Below, in pieces: positions 11,650 through 23,724 of a stretch of DNA of 64,000 bases. A model generated the notes under the pieces. That model was not told the DNA's origin and made no database searches. It saw only the letters and a program-made list of their open reading frames with translations. Numbering within the stretch: the first letter of the stretch is position 1; each line of letters opens with the position of its first letter. This DNA is from Raillietiella orientalis. Taxonomy: Eukaryota. The position numbers were made by a program, and so were the translations under genes. The stretch spans positions 1,674,001 through 1,738,000 of the forward strand of contig JAYWIR010000037.1 in the NCBI GenBank assembly GCA_036172245.1, read 5' to 3'.

Positions 11650-12850
11650 AATCATGAAGAAGCGATTTCGACAAGGGGAACCATCTGCACAAAAGCAGCT
11701 ACTCCTTCAAAGGCTCTACGGGACTCTTTGCTTCAGTATAAGCGGAATACTCAAACATCGTACGGTACGCTTCTCCCACAGCTGGTCGCATACCAGCATC
11801 CTAGGCATGCGATCGCCTCGACTGAGAAGTGCAACTGAGGATACCTGATTTGCTTGAAGCTGAGGCATCTGCCCGCAGATGAACTGTGTGGTCAGCGATT
11901 CACAGCTAACGCATGGTTTCTTGTGGAAACGTGGGAGGTGCACCTTCGTAGAACAAGAGGGCAGTGAGCTCAGATGTGTTGGATGTGGGCCCGTGAAGGA
12001 ATGAAATAAAATCGAATATGAAATGACAGCAAATAGAAACTTCCCTACAGATTCATTTGTCGATTTCGAGAATCTCTAGTAACATCTATAGCAATCACCA
12101 CCCGTTTTTCGATTGCAGTGTTTGTTTTGGATTGCTGGAATGCAGGAACCGTTGCAACACTTGGGATTTTGTTTCTCTGATTCCTATCCTCAAGGAACTG
12201 GTAGATCCCGTTCCTAGGAAGCTTCTGATTTCATGGATCCCAACAGCATTTCTTGTTGCCTTTTCTGGCTCTGTCATAGGGCCAGAAAGTGTGACCCTTC
12301 CTCCATTTTCTCTTGTCTTGTAAACAAAGAGAACAATTTCAGAAATGCCTTCTGCTTTCCAGCTGGTGTTCAAAGAGGCGAATGCATCTGCGACCCTCTT
12401 GCACTGATTGGCAACGTATTGGGTAGCTTTTCAGTAGCTCTTTCCGAAAACGGATGCAAGTTGTGTTGATTTCAGATCACTGAGTTCGGACTCGTTCTCC
12501 AACAAAATTATGTCGAGTGAAAAACCAAAGCGCTCCTTCTTATTTATTGAATCCCGGCCGTAGAAACCGCAGCTTGTAAAAGAAGGTCTACGTACGGAAC
12601 CTTCGGATGGGATGTACATCGGATCTGACGAGTATTCCTTGTCATCGCTACCCCACCGATTCCAAAAAGGAAACCCTTTTGGTCCGATTTGATAGTGTTG
12701 ATGCTTTCCACCGGCATCCGAACGCCTTGTGCTTCTGGTTCAGTATTTTCCATAAGCGTGGAAGCATCTCGCCTCCACAAAGGTCATCTTCGAAGGAAGG
12801 AATTTTGTGAATCTTTGCTGAGAATCTTGGTAAACACAATTATTAGCTGG
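11650..12850 (-). mobile_element. Decayed Sola-like DDE transposase
   Basis: Ordered motifs across frames: SFEDDLCGGEMLP (FYxDDxSRxxPG), IRCTSHPK..VDLLL (CxCxxHxNxxL), SCESLTTQF (SDGxxxQFKN), WYATSCGRSVPYD (WxFxATSHGKxxxDG). Confidence 0.5.
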
Positions 12851-13909
12851 GAATTTTTCGATTTATACTTCGAAGCTTTCCTTAGTTATTGCGCTTCAAA
12901 AAAACTGATGCAATCTTAAAACACTGCAGTGATGGAATCCTTACATCACTTGGTAATTTCAAGTTTATCATCGAAATCCGTGTCGTATCAGTTAGAGCAA
13001 ATAGCAACAGTTTCCACATTCTCTAAACTCTCCAGCATTTTGCGTCAGTACATATGTTTTGAAATACCAGCATGCTTTGACAAATGCAAGAAAAACTCAC
13101 TACGCGCAGATCTTGGTCTTTGCTGAATCAACATCAGCGTCGGGAAAATATTCTAGGAATTATAATATGATGAAGCAAAAGTGAAAATTACTGCATAAAG
13201 AAAAAGAATTCCAACTTCTCCTGATGCAGCATTGCTCAGCGTTTGAAAAGCATGAACGATAGGATGCTTTCATTCCTGTATGCAAGGATGTTTCTAAGCA
13301 ACCATAAAAAAATCTCACAAAGCAACCGTACAAAGGGTCTGATGCTTCTAGAAACTGCCGATGCTTTCTTGAATGGCGAGACCCCTAGTTGTACCCAGAA
13401 AGCCATTCGCTCAAACCAGAAGTTTCGGGTAACATAAAGGTAGTATTAGGTAGTTAATCATAAAGGTTTTTTGATCCTTGAGTCTGTATGAAATTCTCGA
13501 TTTCGTTGGACCTGTGTAGTAGCATCATTTTCTTATTATTCTATAGACGTATGCTTCTGTAGCATTCCACGAGTTTCAGAAAAGTTGCTGGGCTTTATTT
13601 CACTAAATAGCGCTCATGCTGGGAAAACAAGGATCATCCTTTGGGACTAAATTCGAGACTCAACTGAGGCTGCTAGATCAAGTGGAGAAAATGGAAACCA
13701 ACATGAGAGATGGAATGTATTCAAAAATGAGAATTTGTCGCTTCGTTCATTTTCAGTGCTATTTATTCAGTGATATTCAACTGCAATAGCAGCTAAACAA
13801 AATGCATACCAAAGCTCATCAAATCCGATTCGAAAGTGATTCCGAATCATTACCGTCAACAGATGATCCAATTTCGTCACTGACATTTTTAATTCGTGGA
13901 CATATTTTC

Positions 13910-14180
13910 TGATCACAACGTTTCAGCTTTCCGAAAGCCACGTGTATGTAGTTTTGGGTTGAAGCATTCTCCCTCCACGATGCGTACTTTTACCGAATGC
14001 ATTGTGAGTCTTCTAAGACGAAACAAGCGGAAACCTTTTTTGAGTATTTTCCAGATGCAACGAGTTGTTGAGATGTAAGTTATTCCTGTCAGGGAGCCCA
14101 TTTTTCCTAATATGCTTAGATGGTTTCCATCGAAGCTAAGTAAAACCGCTGTTTCAGTAATCATTAAAAGATTATACAAG
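13910..14180 (-). mobile_element. CR1/L2-like ORF2 3' end remnant
   Basis: FRLFRLRRLT...RIVEG...LHTRGFRK resembles L.SL..RR...YKI..G...TRGHxxKL. Confidence 0.35.
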
Positions 14181-14749
14181 TGGCTGTACCTTTTCCCAAA
14201 GACACCCTTTACCTTGCGTACTTTTGAGTTCTTACCGCTCTCAGAAAACCAAGTATGATATCAGTTATTTGTAGCCTACGTTCACATTCCTCTTCTGAGA
14301 AGCTCGAGTCCTAGAAGGAGTCAAAATCAAAAAGTACCTTCTCAAGGACGCCATTGCATCATTTTCGTGTGACATTTGTCGTTTATTACATTTCACATCT
14401 CGCTGGAACCACATAGCTCTAGGGTCCTTTCCTCCTAGCAGAACTCAGCCGCTATCAGATATCCTCCAGGCTTCAATGGCTATCAGATGGGAAATGCAAG
14501 TCGGTAGAACCACGGTGATCTTTTGCGTGGGATATTCCAGACAAGAAACAAATCTTATCGTTGCTCTTCTAGCCTCAGAAGCAGTTTTGGGTCATTCGCC
14601 ACCCGGGACTCAGAGGATACCATTCTATTTCCCAGAGCTGGTCAGTCACTGCTACCTCTTTGACGTCCCTTTCCTTCATGATCAAAAGTCCTTGACGTAC
14701 TCTTTAGGTTCATTTACTGTGGAGAAGTAATCTATGTAACTCAAATCTA

Positions 14750-15200
14750 CATGATGTAATGGAGAGGTGGTTCATTTGGCAAATAAAGCTGACTGGAGGT
14801 AGAACATATTCTACAATTCCATTTCATCCCGATTAAATGAGCAATGACTTCATGAGCTTGTTGCGCGTGCTCTCTCGAAAAACACTCAGAATTGATCACT
14901 ATTTGGTGTCCTCGTGAAAGCAAAACATGTGTTTGCTTTCGTGACATATGTGGTCCGTTTTATCGGATCCAAGGTGGATTTTCTCATCAAGTAATCCTGT
15001 TCCATGGGTTCCTGGTTTTCGAATTTCCACCGATCCCAGCACAGGTGCGCAGAGCGATCGGAAGCAATCGAAATCCCATCTTTCAAGGCAGAAATTTCGG
15101 TGTGCAATACAAATCATATTTTGTGCAGATATTCTCCATCACTTATCTAAGGGGCAGTATTACAGTTACATGACTTCACATAGCTTCATCACGTGGCAAT
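14750..15200 (-). mobile_element. Possible second Sola-like transposase remnant
   Basis: Cys cluster MICIAHRNFCLERWDFDC, then WDRW, KHMF and PPLH, in the order expected upstream of the Sola catalytic core. Heavily decayed. Confidence 0.3.
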
Positions 15201-15774
15201 TACGCAGCTTCACTCAAGATGGCATGCAATTGCCATCTCAAATGACAGGACATGTTCTTCCACCAACAGTTTCACCTATTCGATTGATGTCTGATACATA
15301 AAATATCATCTATTGCAAAATTCCTAATATTCAGTTTAGGTACTAAATGTCTGCTCGTCGACAACGCAATTGATTGCAGATTGAACATGAAGACCCATAG
15401 AAGATCAAAGCCTCTCAATAAGTGTACAGATTGTAAAGTTTAGGGATTCGATTTGAAAAAAAATTAAATATTGGATCATGTATTCTCAAAAGCTGCAGCA
15501 CTCTAAGATGCTTTTATTTTGCATCTGCATCTTTAAACAGCAGTGACTCGTAGCCTCCTGAGCTGCTCTCTTCATTCCGTGAGAGCGACAGATCGGATTA
15601 CATGGACACCACTAAGAACCGTTTCTGGAATTCAAAAACTGCACCTTTCCTTGATTTCAGGATTACAATCCAAAGCTTGGAAAGATCTGGTTCTCTGAGA
15701 ACTCGATTCTTGTAGGTAATTGATCGTGGGGATGTTCAATTACGTAGTCGAATGTCATGGAATCTGGGATGTAG

Positions 15775-16010
15775 GGTGTGACTGCTCTTATGAGTGAGGG
15801 AACAGAAGTTCAAATGGATTCTGTCGGATGATTGAGTGGAAAGGGGTTCATATGTGAGGCTGTAAGGTAGGTAAAGATACTATATAGTATTAATGGGCGT
15901 ATGGTGATTAGGATTGCTATGATGTGGTCGCGAATGATTGTTATGTACTAATGGAGGATAATGAGATGTTTCATGAGAAGGAATTATGAGTTTGGGAATA
16001 TGAATGAAAG
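15775..16010 (-). pseudogene. cox2: NUMT: 5' part of mitochondrial cox2
   Basis: mt-code translation FPNS*FLLMKHLIILH...DHIMAILITM...TESIWTSVPSLM versus canonical LQDSASPLMEQLIFFHDH...IEMIWTILPAII. It lies directly downstream of the cox1 remnant and uses TGA for Trp. Confidence 0.75.
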
Positions 16011-16064
16011 TATACCTAATGTGTATTTTCAAATCCAATGCATTAATTCGATCTTATTACTAGA
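16005..16064 (-). pseudogene. NUMT: degenerate tRNA between cox1 and cox2, probably trnL2(UUR)
   Basis: A ~60-nt spacer starting TCTA and containing AATGCATTGGATTT, like arthropod trnL2 (TCTAAT...AGTGCAATGGATTTAAG). The anticodon arm is damaged (TTTGAAA). Confidence 0.4.
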
Positions 16065-16065
16065 A

Positions 16066-16555
16066 CAATGAATGGAAATTATTTCTGACAATGAATGGAT
16101 TGTAGGAAGACAGTTCAGAAGTCATTCTAGTGAATTTGATGTTGATAGATCATCAATGACGGCTGCTCTGTTGATGGATATGTTGGATATGAGGAGGACC
16201 GTACAGATAAGGGAGGGAAAGGTGTCTAGTGATGGCCAAAGATGTCTGGGTGGTCTGTGTAGCGTTGTGGTATTCCAACAAGTTTTAGGAAGTGTTGAGG
16301 GAAGGTTGTGTTCACTCCGATAAATATTGGGACGAGTTGGATATTAAGAGGGAATAATTAAGCGATAAAACTGTTATTAGTGGGTATCAGTGGATAAAGG
16401 TAGCGAAGATTGATAATGTGGCTCCTATGGATAGAACGTATTGGAACTGTACTACAACGTCGTTGGATAAGTTAGCTACTATAATTACGGCGAGTCTTCC
16501 AATGGTGCATACGAAGATGAATCCTATGATCCCGAACAGGAGGATGTTATGAGTA
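16066..16555 (-). pseudogene. cox1: NUMT: 3' third of mitochondrial cox1
   Basis: mt-code translation [89 protein letters not shown] gives unmistakable COX1 motifs. It has a frameshift and has lost the DIILHDTYY segment. Confidence 0.93.
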
Positions 16556-16829
16556 TTTTTTGATCTGGATAGCAAGTGCTTCAAGCCAGATGAAGTGGGA
16601 CTCATCTGATCTCAAGCATGTGCGTTTGCATTTTAATCACTTTCCACCAATCAGCTCACCGCCTCCTGTGACGAGAGTCCTGCTAGGACTCGTGAATAAG
16701 AAATCTCTTTCACATAGCAGTAAAAAAAAAGATCCCAATTAATGAATGTAGTGCACTTTTTTTTTCTTTTTTTTTCACAGTGCTTACTTCAGGAGGAAGC
16801 TGGATGGAAGTCCTCTAGCCGAAAGGACT

Positions 16830-17750
16830 TTGATCAGATAAAATGGCAGAAAACGGCTATTGAATCTGGTACAGTGATCTCGCCCGTTGGCAAGAGACCA
16901 AACTCGTCCTTTGCCACGTTTCCCTTGCTCAGAACTAGAAACTCGTTGGCCAAGCGCTGCAAACCAGGCTCTGTGAAGCGACTTTGCCTCCACAAATGGC
17001 TGGAAAAACTTGCAAGCAAGTTTCTCCCGGAGATGTAGTGCTTCGAGTAGTTTGAGAGAAATGGTGGCTTGGAAACAGCGTCTCCTTTCCCAGAGAAGTA
17101 TTTAAAGGAAAAAGCGACCTTTCTCGTTAGCACGCACAGATTTGTTTTCCAAAAGAAGAACAATTTGCAGACTGATTGGTAGACGGTTTTTCGGAAAGAG
17201 TTTCTCAAAGCAAGAAGGACAAAGTTTGAATTGTGGAATGGATAAGCGAAAAAAAGATCAGATTCGGAGGTAAGAGAACGAGACGAGGGAAGAGTAACCT
17301 CTTCTCCTCCTTCCTAAAGAAGAATAAACCGAATCAGATTCATTTTCGCGTGATGAGAAGTATCTTTGGGAAGGACTTTTCTCCCATTGCAAACATTCCG
17401 CGTTCGAAAGGACGTTGACTGCTAAACCAGAAATGGCGAAGCGAGGTCGACGCCTCTTTCGCTTCTTCATTTGCCTTCGCCGACGGCACTGGTGCTCAAA
17501 TTCGTTCAGATGCGGGATTTGCAAAGATGTAGACTAACCTGCGGGTAGTTGGCTCTTTTTCGGGAAACTGCCAGTGTCGCGGCCCCGGCTCCTACGATCT
17601 TCGTCTCGGAGGGATTTCATCATTTCACCCCAAGATAATTGTCTCACAGAGTCCTCAGTTTTCACATGACATCGCGCTTGTTTCGGATGCTTGGGAACCT
17701 CCAGCAAACGGCATTGGTCGAAGTCGGCACGCGCCCCGAGTTGACTCCAT
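16830..17750 (-). mobile_element. Decayed Helitron PIF1-like helicase fragment
   Basis: LEVPKH..ARCHVK...LSWGE (KLP..C.I...IWDE), YFSGKG (PFGGK), ASFSSHLW (ACLKSSxLW), LANEFLVLSKGNVAKDEFGLL (FxxxLLxIGNG...DxxGxI). Confidence 0.55.
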
Positions 17751-19529
17751 GTTAGTGAGATGTTTCAAGCATTCCAGAAAGTTGCTTTGAGATGTTTTTT
17801 TTCTTTCTCTCTCTCTCAAAAAGAAAGGCAAAAGTGTTCCCTCTAAAAGCTAATCAGAAAACTTTAGCTGAAACGAACCCGGTTGCGAAGAGAGCATCGG
17901 GAGCGAAAGAGGTCACTGTGACAGGAATACTCAGGAAAAAAGAAAAACACCCTGAAAGTTACATTAAGCTACTGGAGCTTCTCTGATGTGCATAATAGAG
18001 CATGCCATCATAAAACAAAACCATCTGAAAGCAAGAATGGAATGCATCCTGCGAAACCACGGATGAAGTTAATCACTTTGAAAGATAGCCAAGCACCCGC
18101 GGGAAGTGGAGCTCGTATTTTACCACAATCTGTTATTTCCTCACATCACCAGAACTGAAAGGAGAAAAGCCACAATTACGCAGAGGGATTGGAAAATGAT
18201 CTCAAAATCATAACGAAAGCACAGAACAGTGCTCCTCCGCTCTGCTTGCTACCGTGTGTTCCAACTGCCCGGTGGTTTCCTCATCTTTATGCAAAGTACA
18301 TCAACTTCCATTCATAGAAGAAGGAATAATATCAAAACCACAGTATAAAATCCGTAATTATATCTTCGTAAGTGAAATACTCTTTAACTTCTAAATATCA
18401 TAAATATCTAGAGTAATTGTAGATCTATAATATCGTATGATGAGGTAATGATAAAAAATAAGTCCTGCGAAAATTGTTGCTACCTAAATGGAGCGATAGC
18501 AGCAGTCGTAATTTATAGTCTTTCATATTTACATACACTATTTAAGGTAGGGACAAATAAGAAGGAAATGAATTTGTAGATAGCGTGTGTTGAGATGTAA
18601 ACAGTCATTTTAAGAAAAACACGTGGAATCTGTGGTACTTTTAAAGATAGGTCAATTTACACTGTTCGATCATATCGTCTGGCTAAGAGATGCATCTGAG
18701 GTTCTTTTCTTAAAATCGGCCTCGATTGTCACTGTTAATCTTTTACTCATCTTTGGAATAGTAAATAAACCCGAAGGATACTTTCCTCTGTTTGGCATCA
18801 TGATAAAACCCCATAACTGCAGCCTGAAAAATTTTGTTTCTTGAGCAGCATCTCAAAATTCCCTTTTCTTCTTCGACTCAGCACTCAGCAGACTCAGTTC
18901 TCAATGCATTAGGTTGAAAAATATCCCAGCAGGTGCATGAAAATGGATAGTAAAATAAATCATTAAAACTTGAATTACTCTAAGAAACCATGGATCGAAG
19001 ATTTCTATTGAAGAAGTTGTTCTATCGGTTTCGAAAAGAGGAAACACGAGTATCACCAGAGGCTAATGACGGAACTTCTCGCTGGAACTCTCACAAAGCG
19101 CAATCAAACATGCCTTGCGAATGAAAGCTGCTTTAGAGGTCACATGGCGCACTCAGTTCAATCCAGACTGAGATGGGTGACCTGAATTTCCACAGAATAC
19201 AAAGAAAGGAAAGATACAGCGGCAAAAGGTTTTTTCAACTCTTCCTTGCATTCAGAGTAAAAGGTCAGAGTTTCCCGTACTGTTTGCGAAAACAAATGCG
19301 TGTATTGGATGTTCTGTGTACATTTTGTATATGTTATGACTGACCAAGCAATGAATCATGGGCTCTGGTTTAGTAATTCTGATGTGAAGAGCGAGATGTG
19401 ACTGATGACCTGCCAGAGTCGTTTTTTTTCGTTTCGTCGTTTTACGATAAGTCGTTAAAGAATACCCTCAGGAAAAATATAGAATATCAGAACATTTCAA
19501 GGTAGTTATTCTGTTGTGTGTGGAAATTC

Positions 19530-19990
19530 TTCACAGATGACGCCACTCGCAGATGAACTTTAGTTGTGAGTCTATAATTCCAAGAGCTAGTTTCTCCAGA
19601 ATGAATGGTTTGTACCAAGCACTTTGTCTCTTTTGTGACAAGTGCTGTTGCAATAAAGTGTGCTTTTCCATGAGTCGGATCTGAAGTTTTCCATCAATAA
19701 AGTTCAAGTGATGTCGCTGTTGTAAATGGTTCGATCTGCTTTCAGCTTTCTCTGCTACTTTGAAAGGATTCATTAACACGAGCACGCTGTTGGAAAATGA
19801 AGCAGCTGTCATCACCGCCATGCTCACAAACTGCGGGGTTCAAAGTGCCAGGAAAAATTCTGCTGATTTTCTCAGTTCGTCTCGTAAAAATTCGCTCCAT
19901 CAGCAGTTGGAGCTGAATCCATACTTGTCATTCTACACATTTCAACTCTTGCCATCAGTTTGGGCCTTTCGGGTCTTTTTCTCAAGAGCA
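19530..19990 (-). mobile_element. Academ-like transposase remnant (central region)
   Basis: TSMDSAPTADGAN...HFEPRSL*AW (SxxxDQxxEQ...TxxPxALxRW), then MNPF and YKPFILEKL (GNPF...FxxPIxKxKL). Confidence 0.35.
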
Positions 19991-20539
19991 CAAGCAACTA
20001 ACTAGGGTTCCTACCATAGTATCAGACTAGTTGCACCTTTTGAGAACTCTTTCGCTCTATTTTCTGAGGTTACTCAAATTCTTGATAGTTTTCTCTCGAT
20101 CCATCTCCATTTTCGCATTAAGCAATGAAGTGCCTTAATAACGAACCTTACTATACGGCCTTTAGGACGCTTGGACATTGGTTCATTTTCGGGAATAGTC
20201 ATTTCATTGATGTGAGAAACGTTCTCCTCGATGTGTTTTATTCTTCCTTTCATTAAACCTTAACAAGTGACGAAATGACTGGCATCATTTTGTCAATTTG
20301 TTGATTTTAGAAATTAGAAAACAAGGCAAAGGGAACAACAAGTAGATGGAAACAGCTCTCTGAGCACTGATGGGATTTAAAGGAGGATTACCACGAGGGC
20401 GTAGAGGCACGGAAACTATCGAAGGACCCTTCAGTCTCCTCTCGGTTCAGAGGCGGTGGCAATGGCTTCCATTGCCTCCAGGGTGTGCTATTGGATTACC
20501 TGTATGCATTTTCAGAAATGTGAAAGGCAGAATTAGACA

Positions 20540-21180
20540 AAGGCAGCAGAGATGTAAGCAAGAATCTTCCGATAAATGGCAGATTTTAGTCCCGTCCTGA
20601 TGCTCATCACTTTCGTCTCTATCATACTCAAAACGTCATTCCTAAGAATAGAAAGCAAACTGCTCTCATCCTTATCATCGTTTAATAATTTTTGCTCCTT
20701 GAGAACAGAGGCCATGAAATGGTGAAATTTTTCGTTCCCCCATAATGAGATGATGTTACGGGCAAAAAAAATACCTTCACAGTTTTCATTTTTACCTTTC
20801 GTAAACTCGATCCTTGTCTTGTGATCTAAAATTATCATAGCATCATGAAAACGAGTTATCATTTGGTTGATCTCAATCGATTACTCGTTCTAAATTCCAG
20901 TTGCAGTCCGTGTATCCCAGAACTTGGATCAGTGCCTAATACTTCCGTCTGTCTTTCACATACTAATGCACTATTCTTACGATCATTGCAAGGGTCATCT
21001 TATATTCCATGGCCTCCCCGGACTTATCCAAGAATTTGTAAGGAACACAAATTGTGGGAAGGACTGCTGAGGTTAATCGGTCACCTTTCATTTCTAACAA
21101 CTAACACACAGACATATGGAATGTGAATCTGAAATGCATGTGTTATGCTGCACTTGCGACATATGAATGTGTACATTCAT
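20540..21180 (-). mobile_element. Sola-like transposase remnant
   Basis: SHSICLC / SHNLCS (HxVCVC), then DHKTRIE...KFHHFMASVLKEQK...SILRNDVLSMIETKVMS...KILAY, which aligns by spacing with DRTTL...HxFIAKQQ..LK..K...DFAENY...QDEVQS.HW...HPFVAY. Confidence 0.5.
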
Positions 21181-22949
21181 TGTAGCTTCAGGAAGGAGTG
21201 CTTGCATAAATTTTTCTGTTTGATAATCGGGAGATTGGATCGATGTAGTGCTTCTCTGGCAACCATTTTACTTTTCATTCCAGTTGAGATGGAAGATTTC
21301 AGGAAAGGCCAGCGATTTTTATTTTGAGCCAGACATCTGAATTGACCTTGAGCTTTTCTATCAACTGAATGGTGGCAGGAGCTACCAGATTGTAGACTAG
21401 CGCTTCCTTTAGAAAGCAGTGCTGGTTGACTGCTTCTTTGGAAGCTATCTCCAAGCACTCTAAAAGCAAATCTTAATGAACTATTTCTTGTTTCATTCTT
21501 TTTTCAGAACTATACCAAACGGGTCATTTTAATTGAATCCTAGGACAGTTTTAAGCCTTGAAATGTGAGGCAGTTCTGTTTCAGATAGAGCCGTCAAAAT
21601 GAGACGTCGAGAGGTGTTTTCATGCTTGTGAGGATTTTCTAAACAGGGATTCGTGGATGCTTACAGTCATGGATTGCAGTATAAATTCGTAATGCGTCTT
21701 ATAATTTCCGAAGTAGCTGAATCCAACAGCCATCTTATTCCTAATCCGAAACTTTTCAAAACACGCTGCCTTTTATATGTGAAAGTTGGTGTTTTTCTCT
21801 GGTTGACCTCTGCTTGATTCGGTCTTTTATCCTCCTTTATCCATGGAACCAGTTGCTTCAAGCCGGGGTTTTATTACTTAATTCTGATTTCCAAACATGG
21901 TTTCAAAGAAGTTCTGAAACCAAGCATCACAACCGGCTCGGTTGGAAACAAATGAAATGACACCGAGATGAATTCCTTCTTTGATTCAGTGGCAATAGTA
22001 AAGATGATTTTAGAGGAGCGGAAAAATCGCATCAGTGGGAAAGTCGATGCAAAGTTGCTCAGACGAAGGGAAAATTGGGTGCGATGAAAGGTCGGAGGAT
22101 GCTTTTTATGGCGTATCAGAACTTCGTGCACTGTCTGCCTTCAAAGTCCTATGAGGGCAGAAATGACCACCTTGAAAAGGGTGTTCGGCAATTGAAATTG
22201 GACTGAACTATCTTATTCCGGAATGTCAACTTTTATCATGCTGAAGATCTTTCAGACACTTTGCGGGATTCAATAAATGAAATCACTCTGTATCATATGA
22301 TTCGTTGAGTGAGAGCTTTCCATGTTGCTCTGCTTCGCATTTTCTGTTTAGACTCATTTTCCATTACATACTCACTTGTGGTAACCCAACGTTTGAAATT
22401 CTATTCGTATTATCTAAACTTTCTCAATGGTAAAATAAAGTTCCCTTCCTCCGAGGTCTATGTAATCCTGCTAAATAACAGTACTGCATGTTACTAACTC
22501 GATAGCATGGTTGTATTAAGCAATTGTGTCCTTCCAGCATCTGGTAATGGTGTATTGGATTAATGTACCATGACAAGCAAGCAAGCTTACTTAACTTGGT
22601 GAGTAACTCTATGAAATCGGAATCTGAATGTAATGACCTCACTTTCTTTCCATCACTCTAAATCAGTCACATCCTTGCTGACATTCAGTGAGGGTATTGC
22701 TTTCGATTTGACCGGAATTCGTGCAGGTTTTAGTTGGGGTTTCCTTCTTGCGTGACGTACACTGAAAGTTGTTGTTAATGACGTTACTTGCTTCTCGCGC
22801 TGATTTCATATCCTTTATGATAAAAGTGGTTGATTACAAAAGAATTTGAATTACACTTCCTAAATTCGAGGCAGAGAAATTTGCGCGTGTACGTTCCTTC
22901 TTCTTTGCACTAAGAGCACCAACAGTGAATCGATGTTCTTATATTCCAT

Positions 22950-23630
22950 ATTGGATTGCCTCTGTGCAAGCTTACCAAATTAGAAGTGGATGCTTGAAAC
23001 GATCTATTTCGTAGATACATTAGATGCTGAGAACTTTCTGCTGAAAAATTATCTACCAGAGACTAGATGATCTGGATAATTTATCTTATTCAAATCAAAC
23101 AGAAAATGAGCAGCATATTATTGCTTTCCCAGCTATCGATCATCTAAGGTCGTCTCCTGCTGAACCAAAGGGTTGCTTTCCTTCTTTGTTCCTTCTGAAA
23201 ACGTTTCTGTAAAACGAGCAGTGCTTTAAAATTCGCGACAAAGCATGTGAGAGGCATCCTTCTGACCTGCATTGAATTGCATCACGAGTAACATTAACAT
23301 GCGTGTACGGGAGCTGTGTCACCAAATGATTTTCCAAAGTTCTGCTTCTTCACCGATCACAGGCAGACATCTTTCTCCCAAGAGCAGACCAGGAAGCTCC
23401 TACCGGTTGATTCTTATCTTCAGGATTGAAAATTTGCCGAGTCGAGTTGGCAACATTTTTTCTCAAAAAAGAAATTCTTCGGTTCCGTGGAAGCAGACTT
23501 TCCTTTCGGTTTGTATCCTTGCGGAATCGATAAATCCACGAATCTATGAATAGAAGTTCCTTGGCAGAGATATCATTGAATGTACGCTCTTGAAATGAAA
23601 ATTCCTTTGAGATTCTGCGGAAAACCATCC
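22950..23630 (-). mobile_element. pogo/Tigger-like transposase remnant
   Basis: FIDSWIYRFRK (FxASxGWLxRFKxR, CENP-B HTH), RQIFNPED (QIFNxDET) and FSASNVST (FLPPNxTS), in the correct order. Confidence 0.55.
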
Positions 23631-23724
23631 CGAATGCATAAACCAGGTTTTCTCACGTGGGCACTTTTTGCTCAGATGGGTATATGCGAGAAAAAACATT
23701 GTGCTTCAGGGAAACTCAATTTAA

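Noticed and set aside
13437..13467. Short G/T-rich patch reading PLWLT on minus, like atp6 PLWL
   Set aside because: Too short to distinguish from chance, and the flanks do not continue the match.
20560..20610. IRTGLKSAIYRK resembling ABCC/MRP transporter motif IRTALxSAIYRK
   Set aside because: No TM context or splice structure. The longer surrounding frame fits a Sola-like transposase.
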